DNA of 64,000 bases, taken from assembly GCA_963845065.1 (NCBI GenBank), contig CAWJQQ010000009.1, positions 736,001-800,000 of the forward strand, read 5' to 3'. Shown piece after piece: positions 1 through 11,500 of the stretch (positions within the stretch are counted from its first letter, which is position 1; the number at the start of each line of letters is the position of its first letter). Origin of the DNA: Nitrospirota bacterium. Its GTDB lineage: Bacteria; Nitrospirota; UBA9217. Made by a program: the position numbers and the translations under genes. The notes beneath the pieces are model-generated. The model searched no databases and was not told the origin of the DNA. It saw only the letters and a program-made list of their open reading frames with translations.

Positions 1-59
1 CATTCGCAAAACGACTCTACTGTATAGCTACTCACGCATTTGAGAGGAAGTGTCTTCAT
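1..59 (-). CDS. N-terminal fragment of a CDS running off the left edge (MKTLPLKCVSSYTVESFCE...)
   Basis: AAAAGGAG RBS about 8 nt before ATG at 59 on the minus strand; frame open to the window edge. Confidence 0.35.
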   Translation of the reverse strand, partial: MKTLPLKCVSSYTVESFCE

Positions 60-368
60 AGGTCAATCTCCTTTTCTATAAGCCCTACTCTACCTCAATT
101 GTAACAGAATAGAGAAGTCCATGACTCAGATTGTTGCCTAGACATTGTATACTCATGAACGCATTGTTATTCATGATTATTTAAAGTTTTTCCAAGATAT
201 TACCAGACCTTAGGCTTTGGAAAAATGAGAAAATAAGGATATACGAGGAAGAACTGTTGCTATTACTTAGCAAAATTCCATTAATGTAGTACTCTGAATA
301 ATTTAGGAGATACTTATTTATCATGCGTTAATTCTGTAAGTCTGATAAGACTATTTTGATATCTCTGC

Positions 369-556
369 TTATAAGTGCTGGACCGGCACGTCTTTCCCAA
401 TGACCCTCATGAAGGCTGACAGTTCGCGGGCGATGGCGATCACGACTTTGATCTGGCTTTCCCTCAACCCGCTAGTTTCCGGAAGCGTCTGCACAGCCTC
501 ACCTGAGCTTTCCAGGAGACCTTGCGGATGCTATCGGGCAGGCCCTCCTACCTCCT
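369..556 (-). pseudogene. IS110-family transposase C-terminal remnant
   Basis: Manual translation gives RR*EGLPDSIRKVSWKAQVRLCRRFRKL, then a frameshift to QIKVVIAIARELSAFMRVIGK. The WKAQxRLC...AIAREL pattern is typical of IS110 C-termini; internal stops present. Confidence 0.7.
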
Positions 557-1281
557 TGGTCGTGGCTCTATGTAATTGAGATAGTCCCCAAATATAACTC
601 ATGTCGCAAGGAGCAGGTCTTCTTTCTTCAACTGTCAATCATAATGTCTACAAAAAGAAATCAGGACATCAAACCGTTTGGCTAACGAATGAGCTATTCC
701 AATTCAAGCCTACGAGCAAGACTAGAAGCAAACAAGGCAAACGATTTACGAATATAAGCCGATTTTTGAAACGAAAACACACTATATTGGTGAGCTTTGT
801 TTCAAGGCGCATTCAGAATACGATTAGCCAGCATCTATAGCCATTGCCTGAGAAACCGATAATAGTTTGCCTCATTCTCCTATGAGATTTTGGACATCGG
901 GTAATCAGAAGAAGATTTAATCGCTTACAATTCCGCAATATTGAAAGAAAACCTCGATAAAATTGAAAATGGCATGGATCGCGGATTGATTGTTTCGGTA
1001 GTCGCGAGTGACAATAGCAGCCATAACGTTACTCCGGCGCAAAAAACAAATTCTTGTTAAGAATGGATTCCGCCGAAAGTGGTATAAACGACAAATGCAA
1101 ATTGTACTAAAAGTTCTGTCCGCGGGAAGCATAGCAGGAGTGTTAGATGTGTTGCACACTAAATAACGGAGGAAACCCATGTGCTTTAGCGGTGGCAGGA
1201 CGTACAGAGCTTTTAACGTATTTATATTCCGAATTCTTTAATGCCCCTATTTTCTACGTGATCCCATTAAGCGGACGTAAA

Positions 1282-2124
1282 TCAGACCTCATGGTTTTTA
1301 TCCAGAAGCCGCATGAGCCCGATGAAGTCATCATCAGCCCAACCAGCGGACATCCCCCGGTCATAGATTTTTTGAAGATGTTCGGTTAGTTCGAGTGATA
1401 CTACGAGATCGGCGGCAGTTTCCAATGCTAGGCGAAGGTCCTTTGACATATTCTTCAGTGAAAACTGTGGGGTGTAATCGCGCTGACTCAGCTTGGGTTC
1501 CTTAAGATCCGAAACACCTGAATGGGAAGCATTTTGTGCTAGTGCCTTGAAATAAATATTATCCGGGATTCCAGCCGCCCGGCATAAAGTCAGGCTTTCG
1601 CATAAAGTTTGGGCGACACCGGCAATATTCAAGTTCATTGCAAGCTTCAACGAACTGGCGGAACCCAACGGCCCGATATGGAGAATGGCGCTAGATATAG
1701 ATTTGAGTATTGGGCGCGCTTTTTCGACGACTTCCGGTTCGCCACCTAGATAATAAACGGTTTGCCGCTGTTCTGCCGCAAGTTTACTTCCTGTAAAGGG
1801 CGCTTCCAAAAACAATGCACCGGCTCGCTGCACCTGTTCGGCAAAGAGTCGCGTCCATTTGGCAGAAATTGTGCTAGATTGGATTACCAGTATTCCACGG
1901 CCAAGCTTAGGTTGAACCTTATCCAGAATAGACTTTACGGCTGGAGGGTCGGCTACGACGATGAAGATCACCTCCATTCCTTCTATCGCCTCCTGAATGG
2001 ATGCATAAAAGTTGGGAAAAAATTTGGGCGTCCGGTTCCAGCAACGTACCTCATGGCCATCAGAAATCAGATTTTTTGTCCAAGCGCTTCCGATAATGCC
2101 TAATCCTAAGACTGAAATTTTCAT
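1282..2124 (-). CDS. NAD(P)-dependent oxidoreductase, 3-hydroxyisobutyrate/beta-hydroxyacid dehydrogenase family
   Basis: GLGIIG Rossmann motif, WNRT, SSTIS, EAPFTGS, LKLAMN catalytic Lys, KDLRLA. Confidence 0.9.
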   Translation of the reverse strand: MKISVLGLGIIGSAWTKNLISDGHEVRCWNRTPKFFPNFYASIQEAIEGMEVIFIVVADPPAVKSILDKVQPKLGRGILVIQSSTISAKWTRLFAEQVQRAGALFLEAPFTGSKLAAEQRQTVYYLGGEPEVVEKARPILKSISSAILHIGPLGSASSLKLAMNLNIAGVAQTLCESLTLCRAAGIPDNIYFKALAQNASHSGVSDLKEPKLSQRDYTPQFSLKNMSKDLRLALETAADLVVSLELTEHLQKIYDRGMSAGWADDDFIGLMRLLDKNHEV

Positions 2125-2845
2125 ATTTTTTGCCCTTCTTAATTAGAATCGCACGCGGTGTGTGGACGTGCCTAATCGCAAGATTATACGTTTTTGTCTT
2201 ATCTGAGATAAAAGACAATTGTAAATGGCATGCCTTGGTTCTTTTAATAGCCCGCCTAGATAATTCAAATATTTTATGTTATCTGGTGCTCAATAAGCAT
2301 GCCTCGCTACTTTCAGTATTCCAGGTGAATATATGCCTGGTGCATGACCATATCACTGATTTAAAGGCTGCCTGTCAATTGAAAAACTCGCCCCTAACGA
2401 GAAAATATCATTTTGTAGTCGATATCTAATCAGTCATCAACATCCGTACCATTGTCGCAGTTTTATTCAGTTTGGAGATCAGTCGCTACTGTACAGTCAT
2501 CGATCTGAATTAAGGTCACAAGTGATGTGTGGTTCTCAGCGTGACCCTTTCCCCGCAGAGCGGGAGCCAGAAAATCTTCGGCTCCTTGTCGTGCCTATAA
2601 GTAATTATAACAACACTCGTGGTTTTTTACCAGCCTCTAAATGGTTCACGGCAAGGGCAGTAACGATGATGATGACTCTATAGTTTTGAGTGAGCAGTTT
2701 ACCACTTATTGATCGTGGTTCTTCCAACATCGCCTTTGGTTCCTCGCTCCAGCCATGTTGCAATCAGTCATTTCTCATAATAAAATCTTCTCTGGCTGAA
2801 AAAACACATCATCCCGCATGATGTAGTACACTGCCTCGCGGTATC

Positions 2846-3538
2846 GTGAATAAACTCACCAATCATTCGGGTAAATCTTATCAGGCAATTAGCGAGTATT
2901 ACAAGCGGGCAGACTGCGAGAACCAGATCGGCGAAGTAATTCGAGAAGGGCTGTCGGTGATTTCCACCTCCACTTTATTCTGCCGCTGGCTATTTTCCGT
3001 AAGCGTCTTGAACAACCGCCATACGTTGTAGGCCAACAAAACAATTTGAAAATATGCGTAGTTGTTCATGAACCTGCGGAGAAAATATCTTCACAGGTTT
3101 GAGCGGCTTGTGGATAGTACTGGCTGAATCGCCGGGCTCAAGTTACTCTTGATCGCAGCGAAGCTAGTTATTACGGGGAACATAACGAAAGTGAGATACT
3201 CAGGGCATGATAGTTGGGTAGCAGGACTCTTCATCTTCACGGAACACCTTGATAGAGTACGCATGCGCGTACGGCCATGGTTCGATAACAGTCAGTGGCA
3301 ATGTAGACATATGGAGGTTTTAAGGCTGCAATCGGCGGAAAATTCTTCGCGATTCAATGATGCAAAAAATTTATTCACTACTCAAGCTGAAAGACACGAA
3401 AGGAATTTTTCAACTTGTTGTGATTTGAGTTAGCGTAGTTGATAATTCAAATCGACGTTATGTCGGAGTGTAAATGACCGCTGGCAATCAGAATTTCTCC
3501 GACGAGCTGGGAAAACTACGTTTTGCTTAAGATTCAGG
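2846..3538 (+). pseudogene. 3' remnant of an IS1380 element related to the one at 7928-9729, with an internal inversion
   Basis: YYKRADCENQIGEV and WQCRHMEVLRLQSAENSS match the 8034-9542 transposase; right end AAGATTCAGG ends at 3538; segment 2968-3081 is inverted. Confidence 0.9.
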
Positions 3539-3714
3539 AATTAATTCGAATTTTGAGGAGTTTGTTTATTGGCTCAAGGATGAATTCTTTAAAAAATCTG
3601 ACAACCTTCCTGTTGCTATCCTTGTTGTATCCTGTAAAAGTAAAGCGCATTAGCGTATGCTATAAGTCTTTGAATTGTTGTAATTGACAAAACGTCACAG
3701 AGCTCGTCGCAAGA

Positions 3715-4046
3715 TTATTAGAAGTGTCGCACACTCATCCGGACGATTGCCAATCTCAGAAGGTGTTTGTATGTCAGAACTGCGTTTTACGGAAAACGCC
3801 GACTTCAACCATTCCTTCGTTTTCAAAAAAGGGCTTAGGATGCTAGTCGTCGACGAGATATTGGTAACACAAAAGAAGCTTTTCATGAGGTTAAAGAAAA
3901 AGCAGAAGCTAGGGCAGGGACTGACAGAAGTAACGCGCGGGGAGATGGGAGTAAGCCGAATTGGTTATGCTTTCAGAACGTATCCGTCAGTGAAGCGTGA
4001 AACCCCCACTACATTCGCTCTTGTGGTTTAGTGGCGGGAGAATTCA
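3715..4046 (+). pseudogene. tnpB: tnpB C-terminal remnant with IS200/605 right end (omegaRNA region)
   Basis: Frameshifted HTHPDDCQSQKVFVCQNC-FTENADFN (Zn finger plus RuvC-III), GQGLTEVTRGE tail, hairpin-like end CCCCCACTA...TAGTGGCGGGAGAATTCA. Confidence 0.7.
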
Positions 4047-4150
4047 TTAAATTCCTTGATGGCCTTCCGGTCCTAAAAATCTGACGATTCGCCTGCAACG
4101 ATATGAATACCGACCTCTGCCGTTCATACCCTGTTATCGGCCCGGCCTCC

Positions 4151-5230
4151 CTAATAATCTTCCTCGCTAAATGCCGATTCCGGTGGAGTCAGGTTCTGTT
4201 CAAGGAAAATCTTCCTGACCCGCACCTTGAGTTTCTTCTGCTGTTCTTCCGTACAGTGACGAAAAAGCTGCCGGACAAATGCATCGATGGCGGAAACAGG
4301 CTCGGCCTTGATGTCCGTTACGGAGTCGTCCGCGTCAAGGGTGAAGATCGATGGGTAGCTGCCGTCATGATAAAACAGTTTGATTACCCTGCCGGTCACA
4401 TCCGTGCCAGCCACTTCCTGGGCCGCCGTTATCGTATTGTTTATAGCCGTAACAAGGATAGGCATATTATTTTCAAGGGGAAGAATGATGTCCAGACCTA
4501 CGACTAGATCATCCATACGGCGCAAAAACCGATCCATCAAATCACCGCTTACAATTCCACCGTGCTGAGGCGCGATCATGAGAGGCGGCGGATCGAGTTT
4601 CCTGATTCTCCTAACCGCCAGTTTCAGAGCATCGTTGCTCGGCATGTAGAGTTGATGAAAAGCCTTAATCCCCATCCAATTGGCATCATCGGCGTGCAGA
4701 TTCATCGCGGCAATGCCCCCGAAAAGGTCTCCGGTAAAAAGGGTTCTCGACGCGATATCATAGACCATGCAGGCACCGCGGAAGTGGCAGAACGGAGTCG
4801 GCACGAATTGAAGTACATGACCCGTTGGCAATTGGACCCTCAGGTCTTTGAACCGTTCTACGGCTTTGAAGTTCCTGCGTTCGATACCGAAGTACTGTGC
4901 AAGTCTCCACGTGTCCTCGGACATAAGAGTTATGATTTTTGGATTGAGCATTAACCACCGAGGAGTGCTTGCGCCGACATCGGGGTCCTGGTGGTTGATC
5001 GTAATGAGGTTGACGTTCTCTGGCCCTTCTATTACTTTGCACACTTTACTGTAGACAGTATCGAAATCCTCGGGCGGGCCAGGGTCAACAAGCATGCTGT
5101 AGTTATACCCTTTTCCTGCATAAACCCTGAGGTAAACGTTTCTCCGTAAAAAATCTGCTGTCGATGCTCCGACCCAATACACGCCCGGACTGATTTCCAC
5201 CGGGCCGTCGGTCTTAATTGGTCTAGCCAT
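4151..5230 (-). CDS. MBL-fold oxygen-binding diiron protein (ODP-like) with C-terminal extension
   Basis: HQDPD, FCHFRGA, FTGDLFG, FHQLYMPS and APQHG motifs; GAGGGGG RBS before ATG 5230 (ORF track start 5290). Confidence 0.8.
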   Translation of the reverse strand: MARPIKTDGPVEISPGVYWVGASTADFLRRNVYLRVYAGKGYNYSMLVDPGPPEDFDTVYSKVCKVIEGPENVNLITINHQDPDVGASTPRWLMLNPKIITLMSEDTWRLAQYFGIERRNFKAVERFKDLRVQLPTGHVLQFVPTPFCHFRGACMVYDIASRTLFTGDLFGGIAAMNLHADDANWMGIKAFHQLYMPSNDALKLAVRRIRKLDPPPLMIAPQHGGIVSGDLMDRFLRRMDDLVVGLDIILPLENNMPILVTAINNTITAAQEVAGTDVTGRVIKLFYHDGSYPSIFTLDADDSVTDIKAEPVSAIDAFVRQLFRHCTEEQQKKLKVRVRKIFLEQNLTPPESAFSEEDY

Positions 5231-5537
5231 GGCCCCCTCGCGTGCTGATGTGTAATTGAGTGTGTACTGATGGAGCAACTTTTTGTTCACTTACCTTGGC
5301 AACTCAAAGGAAAAGGACTTTCAAGCAAATATATCATGATATCAATTGTACAAGCAGTTATTTTTTGGGCGTCGAAAAAGAGATCGTCTTTCTCACAGTT
5401 TGGGATTGAGTATGTTTTACGACGACTTAAAACCTACGGAAGCGTTGAGGACGCTATCACATTCTGGGTGTAACTCTAGAAGTTTAGAAGAATGGAAACA
5501 ACAACTACTTCAGAATGCAGGTAAGTACTAGATAATA

Positions 5538-5720
5538 TTACGAGCGGTCGTTCTTTTGGCCTTTGCTGCTCTCCCTCGCAGCATAACAGGAGTCGCAATA
5601 AATCCCGGAATCGTCTACATGGCCAGGCTGCCAACGGATAGTGCTGGAGGCTGTCTTCTCGCTCAGCCTCTTGCCACACATGCTGCAATGGGATTTTCTT
5701 GTCGCATTGTTTTGCTTCAT
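5538..5720 (-). CDS. small CxxC...CxxC zinc-finger-like protein (60 aa)
   Basis: CSMC and CDSC pairs; AGAGGG RBS upstream of ATG. Confidence 0.5.
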   Translation of the reverse strand: MKQNNATRKSHCSMCGKRLSEKTASSTIRWQPGHVDDSGIYCDSCYAARESSKGQKNDRS

Positions 5721-6164
5721 ATAAATACCCTCTGTTCATTGCCGCGTCGGTGTGGGTCCGGTCTTAAGCCGAACAGCTAAATAACCATGCGGCAGAAAGT
5801 GAACAACACGTTAACTTCAAGAAGTGTAGAGTGAGCAAGTAGGATCAATTATTTATACAGCGATAATACTACTGTCCAATGTTATTTGCTACTTAAAATA
5901 TTAGCTCTTGATATATGACAGTCATGTGTAGAATTCAAGGTACTTATATTATAAGTTCCAGCCGTAATATTCTACTTCTGAACAATCCTGTCTTTAATTA
6001 CGTGCATCAAACAAAATCGTAACTTTAAAAAAATTAAAACTAATGACGAATACAGTGAAATATAAAATTCATGTGCCGAGATAGTTATTTAAGTGGTGTG
6101 ACAGGGACTTCGAGTCTTTTAAGGCTCCCCAGGATGAAAACACTAAGCAATGTGAAGAATTTAT

Positions 6165-6301
6165 AAAACCTGTCCTTGAATACCCAGCAGTTCTACTGCT
6201 GGGATGAAAAGGACAATCCTAACGAAGTCAGGATAAGAATCTGATTGGTTTTAGGTTCTAGCGGTTTTGATGCCCCGCAGCTCTGCTGCGGGGTAATTCA
6301 C
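6165..6301 (+). mobile_element. non-autonomous IS200/IS605-derived miniature element (PATE/REPIN-like)
   Basis: Preceded by TTTAT; left hairpin CCCAGCAG-TTCTA-CTGCTGGG; right hairpin CCCCGCAG-CTCTG-CTGCGGGG followed by TAATTCAC; no ORF. Confidence 0.7.
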
Positions 6302-6602
6302 TTTATACCATACAAACTATAATTATTTCAATCTAAAAATGGCTATAATAAGAATGGAGATAGATAAACACCTGCAGAAGGACTGTATGATTAGGCATCC
6401 TGCGCGGGAAATCCCACATACTTTAGCGGTAGAAGTATGTCAAGGATCGTACGGCATCAGATTGCTTGTTGCCTTGGCTTTCATCTTCTGCTTCTTATTT
6501 TGGGCTTCAGCGCAAAACTGCACGAGTTTACTGATTTTCGATTTGATTTTGTGTCAACTGCGACGATTTCAAGTGTGGTTAAAATAATTCTCAGAACCAT
6601 AA

Positions 6603-7904
6603 ATGAACACTGCAATAGCCACAACCGAGAACATGACAAAAAACTTGAGACATCCCGCTGGATTGTATATCCTTTTTTTTACGGAAATGTGGGAGAGGTT
6701 TTCCTATTACGGCATGCGATCACTGCTGGTTTATTATATGATCAAGCACCTGCAGTTCACGCAGGAGAGGTCCTCCGAAATTTACGGGCTCTATACCGGG
6801 TTTGTCTTCTTTACCCCCTTCTTCGGTGGCATGCTCGCAGATCGTCTGCTTGGTCAGCACCGCTCGGTGATCCTGGGAGGGGTACTCATGGCTATCGGAC
6901 ATTTCCTGATGGCCTTTAAAAATCTGTTCTTCACGGCGCTAATTTTCCTGATACTCGGGAATGGCGCTTTCAAGCCGAATATCTCAACACAAGTCGGAGC
7001 GCTTTACCCTGCAGGCGACCATCGCCGCGACAGAGCGTTCAGCATTTTCTATATGGGAATTAATCTTGGTGCATTTTTCTCACCTCTGGTCTGTGGAACC
7101 CTCGGTGAGAAAATTGGGTTTCACTGGGGCTTTGGCGCCGCCGGAGTCGGCATGGTGATCGGTCTTCTCGTTTATCTCTGGGGCCAAAAATACCTTGTCC
7201 CGGATCTGATCATGCAGAAAAAGGAAGCCAAACAGCAGAAGTCTTCAGAACGGATGACGCGGGAGGACTGGCTAAAGATAGGTGCAATTTTCGTCATGAT
7301 GGCCCTGAGCATCGTTTTCTGGAGCGTTTACGAACAACAAGGCAACACGATGGCGCTTTGGGCCGACGCCAATACGGACCGTATGATCTTCGGCTGGGAG
7401 ATGCCAGCCTCGTGGTTTCAATCTTTCAATCCACTCATGATCTTCATTTTTGTTCCAGTGCTCAATATTTTCTGGAGCTGGCAGGATCGCCGCGGAAAAG
7501 AATCATCGAGTATCGCAAAGATGGGAATCGGTTGCATCCTGCTTGCCGCAAGCTTCCTCATCCTGATTCCGCCGGCTCGGGAACTGGCAGTTAACCCCAA
7601 GGCGAGCCTTTGGTGGCTGATAGCTTGCACGTTCGTGCTCACGATCGGTGAAGTCTATCTTTCTCCGGTTGGCCTCTCGCTGGTGACTAAAATCGCTCCT
7701 GCCCGGATTGTCTCCATGATGATGGGCGTTTGGTTCCTCTCGAGCTTTTTCGGCAACTATTTGTCGGGATATTTTGGAACATTCTGGGAGAAAATGTCCA
7801 AGGAGAATTTCTTCTTGATGATGTTCGCCCTGTCCTTTTTGGCTGGCCTTGCGTTCTTTGCCCTCCTTAAACCGTTGAAAAAAGCTATCGGATACGAAAA
7901 ATAG
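6603..7904 (+). CDS. POT/PTR family proton-dependent oligopeptide MFS transporter
   Basis: EMWERFSYYG (ExxERFxYY), GNGAFKPN and FYMGINLG motifs; multiple TM helices. Confidence 0.95.
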   Translation: MNTAIATTENMTKNLRHPAGLYILFFTEMWERFSYYGMRSLLVYYMIKHLQFTQERSSEIYGLYTGFVFFTPFFGGMLADRLLGQHRSVILGGVLMAIGHFLMAFKNLFFTALIFLILGNGAFKPNISTQVGALYPAGDHRRDRAFSIFYMGINLGAFFSPLVCGTLGEKIGFHWGFGAAGVGMVIGLLVYLWGQKYLVPDLIMQKKEAKQQKSSERMTREDWLKIGAIFVMMALSIVFWSVYEQQGNTMALWADANTDRMIFGWEMPASWFQSFNPLMIFIFVPVLNIFWSWQDRRGKESSSIAKMGIGCILLAASFLILIPPARELAVNPKASLWWLIACTFVLTIGEVYLSPVGLSLVTKIAPARIVSMMMGVWFLSSFFGNYLSGYFGTFWEKMSKENFFLMMFALSFLAGLAFFALLKPLKKAIGYEK

Positions 7905-7927
7905 GCGCTGCGGACATGTAATTAGTA

Positions 7928-9729
7928 CCTGAATCCTGCACGCTGATGGAGTGAAAAAGATAAAACCATACAGGTTACACTGATATAATGCGGTTATCTC
8001 GCGAACAACCCATGATATCAGGAGGTAACCCATATGGTTAAACGACAAAAGAAGCATAGCGCGAAAAACGGCATGAATCAAGGTCAAAATGAAGGCCATT
8101 CGGAACCCGCTAAAATCAGCCCTAATACGCGCTACGAGTATTGCAGTGAACGGCTTTCACCCTTCGGCGGACTGCTGGCGTTAGAGAAGTTCATGGACGC
8201 GGTAAAGTTCCAGGAGGTTTTCGAGGGATTTTATCAGCCACCAGGCCGCACGCCGGACCAGGGACATTATAAAGCAGTGTATGGGATTCTGGTGTTGCTT
8301 TTCATTGGATTCACGCGGCTGTGGCATTTTCAATACATACAAACGGATCCAATGGTGTGCGCCCTGTTCGGCGTGTCCAAGTTGCCGCACGTGACGACTT
8401 ACTGGCGATACGTTGCGTCCTTGGGCATCAATCAAGGGAAGTCGCTGCTTTTGGTGATGGCGGCGCTACGAGAACGGGTCTGGAAATTGTGCGAGATCAG
8501 CTACAGCGTCATCCATGTTAATCTTGATACGACAGTTGAGACCATCTTTGGCGATCAGGAAGGCGGCCGCAAGGGACACAATACCCGGTACCGGGGAAAA
8601 AAGGGATTTCGTCCTGTCCTGGGTTTCATTGAGGAGACGCGAGAGTATCTTGTCGGAAAGCTTCGCAAGGGCGCGACCATCTCTGGCAAAGAAGTCGCGG
8701 AGGTGATCAAGAGCATCAAGAAATACCTTCCTGCTTGTGTCAAAAAGGTGATTCTTCGAGGTGACGGCGAGTTCATCAGTTGGGATGCGGTTAAAGCTGC
8801 GGAAGACGAAAGGCACATGTACATCTTCGGCAATAAAGGATGCAAGCCGCCCTTTGATTCCAAGATGTGGTACAAGGTGCACAAAATCGATAGCGTAGAA
8901 TACAATGAGTGCTGGTATAAACCGACGGGATGGCCGGGAGAACGCCGTTTCGTCTCAATGCGTATTCCGGGAAAGAAATCAGGCAAGGGAGACACGCAGC
9001 TTGAGCTTTTGGAAGACGGTGGTTTTACGTATCGGCAATTTGTCACCAATCATCCAGGCAAGTCTCATCAGGCTATCAGCGAGTATGACAAGCGGGCAGA
9101 TTGCGAGAACCAGATCGGCGAAGTAAAGCGAGAGGGACTGTCGGCTATTCCCACGCGTCGGTTCATGAACAACTACGCATATTTTCAGATCGTTCTTTTG
9201 GCCTACAACAGTTGGAGATCGTTCAAGATGCTCGCAGAATTCAGCGAGAAGCAGAAACGCACTCAAGATAACGCGGCAGTCACCGCCTTGAGCGGCATTC
9301 AGGACAACACCATCAAAATCGCTCGGTTGAAGCTGCTCATGATCGCGACAAAGCTGGTCATGAGCGGCAATACGACGAAGGCGCGGTACTCCGAACACGA
9401 CAACAGGGTAGCAGGACTCTTTAGCTTCATGGAGCATCTTGATCAGCTACGCAATCAGGTGCGCCCGTGGCTTGATGGCGGTCAGTGGCAATGCCGGCAC
9501 ATGGAGGTTATGAGGCTGCAACCCGCTGAAAATTCTTCATGATGCAATTGTGCAAGAAATTTCTTGCACAATATAGGCTGAGAAGCTTGGAATTGTGCTT
9601 TTCTGCCTTATGCGATGAGGAATGCGGCAGTTAAGATGAAATGAAAGCTGTCGAAGGGTAAGCGGAAGATGCGGGAATCAAAACAAACCCGACGAGTCGG
9701 GGGAACTACGTTTTGATGCAAGATTCAGG
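7928..9729 (+). mobile_element. IS1380-family insertion sequence (type A), complete
   Basis: Terminal IRs CCTGAATCCTGCA / TGCAAGATTCAGG; 5-bp TSD TAGTA at 7923-7927 and 9730-9734. Confidence 0.92.
8034..9542 (+). CDS. IS1380-family DDE transposase
   Basis: NLDTTV, LRGDGEF and YDKRADCENQIGEVK motifs; GGAGG RBS. Confidence 0.92.
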   Translation: MVKRQKKHSAKNGMNQGQNEGHSEPAKISPNTRYEYCSERLSPFGGLLALEKFMDAVKFQEVFEGFYQPPGRTPDQGHYKAVYGILVLLFIGFTRLWHFQYIQTDPMVCALFGVSKLPHVTTYWRYVASLGINQGKSLLLVMAALRERVWKLCEISYSVIHVNLDTTVETIFGDQEGGRKGHNTRYRGKKGFRPVLGFIEETREYLVGKLRKGATISGKEVAEVIKSIKKYLPACVKKVILRGDGEFISWDAVKAAEDERHMYIFGNKGCKPPFDSKMWYKVHKIDSVEYNECWYKPTGWPGERRFVSMRIPGKKSGKGDTQLELLEDGGFTYRQFVTNHPGKSHQAISEYDKRADCENQIGEVKREGLSAIPTRRFMNNYAYFQIVLLAYNSWRSFKMLAEFSEKQKRTQDNAAVTALSGIQDNTIKIARLKLLMIATKLVMSGNTTKARYSEHDNRVAGLFSFMEHLDQLRNQVRPWLDGGQWQCRHMEVMRLQPAENSS

Positions 9730-10401
9730 TAGTATATGCTCCCTGCAGAGATATAAAATATGATTGAGCAAAGAGATTCGTTATGAATGGTAATGCGATG
9801 ACCGACCTGTATTGTTGAACTAAAAAAATACTTAATTGCTCTCGCTTACATCGCATAATTGATTAAATTCAATACTGGAAATTTAGATAATTTGTTGCTT
9901 CACAAATAGGCATATTGTCTTTGTCAATCATTCACATTCTTCCTTCATTTTTATATATTTCAACACGACTATCCGTAAAACTCTGAGCCAGTCAATCATG
10001 CGACTGATTTTGCTTTGTAAAATCAGCCATTTCATAAGGTTACCCTTTCAGTAAACATGCTGTCCGGGAAAACATTAATTCCATATCCCAGAGGCATGTC
10101 TTCAGCTTAGGAGTGAACGCTATATACGCTGTTCAGAGGCCATATTTCAGATACAAAAGTTATGCCGTTAGGGGATGGGAAGGGTAGAAATTACTCATAT
10201 GGCATCGTTTCTTTGAATTATTTCCTCAGACCTGATGATGTTTCAAACTAAATCAACTATTAACTAGACGATAGTGCAGTAGCTTGACAGCCTACGTTTC
10301 AACGCAACAAGTATAAACAGTAACGCAAGAGTAGTCAAGACGTACCTTAAGAAACAGTTAATGAATAACTGCATGGAGTGATACGGTTTTTAATTAATAT
10401 T

Positions 10402-11411
10402 TGACAAGTTTCAGGACATCGGTTACCCTAAACGTCATTTTTTTTACCTCAGGACATCGGTGTCCTAGTTTCCATTTAATGCTAACATGCTCTCCTTATC
10501 CGAGATCGTCAAAAAACAACCAATGTGCCGAAAGGGGTCGAATACTCTTACTTCATCGAAACTCTGTGCAGCAACAACATTCACCAGATGGATCTTGTGG
10601 GGCCGCGCTATATCAAAGGCGACGGCAGATTCTATTCGATGAACGTTATCGATTTGTTCGACCGTGAAGTTTACAAAGAGTTTCAAAGAACAAAGGAGGA
10701 TTCCCACGTCTGCCAAGGGTTTTTACGCTGCTGGAAGACCATGGGCATTTCTGATTATCTCCAAATGGATAATACGCTTAACTTCCGCGGCAGCGATTGT
10801 TACCCCCGATTTCGGAATGGTCATACGGCTTTGCTTGGCCTATGGTGTCCATCCGGTCTTTATCCCGATTGCCGAACCGTGGCGCAACGGCGTCGTTGAG
10901 CATTTTAACAACACCTACGACAAAAAGTTCTACCACAGACAATGGTTTTCAAGCTATACCGTTCTGAAGCGGCAGAGCAAGAATTTCCAGCGGTTTCACA
11001 ACAAGCATCACCGTTACAGCTTCCTTAAGGGAAAAACCCCTTTTGAGATGAGGCAGGCCGCCTACAAGTTTACGCCGGTAACAGTGGGATCGAATACCAA
11101 GATGCTTGACCTCAGCTTCATTCCGGATGGATGTATTTCTGTCATTCGGTTCATTCGAAGTGATCGCAAACTCGACATCTTCGGTGAACGCTTCGAGGAA
11201 TCAAAAGAACTCGTATACTCTTACGTCAGGGCATAAATTGTGACAAAATCCATTTAGTGCAGCTCTACCTCGGGAACGACATTGTCGATACTTTCGAGTA
11301 CCGAATGCCTGAAGACTTACTACCTGAGGACTCAGTTACCAGCCTTGGGTAACCGATGTCTTGATATTTCGGACCATTAGAAACGGGTAACCGATATCCT
11401 GACATTTGACA
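10402..11411 (+). mobile_element. internally deleted IS481-like element with frameshifted integrase-core transposase
   Basis: IRs TGACAAGTTTCAGGACATCGGTTACCC / GGGTAACCGATATCCTGACATTTGACA, each with a second internal copy; 6-bp TSD AATATT; QMDLVG, QMDN and NGVVEHFN split across ORFs 10525-10899 and 10664-11236. Confidence 0.8.
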
Positions 11412-11500
11412 AATATTTATTGCCCTTATGTTGGAAACAAAATCCTCCCTCCGCGGCGGCAGCAAGGGCAAATTGCTCCCTCTTCATAATCGGACATCGG

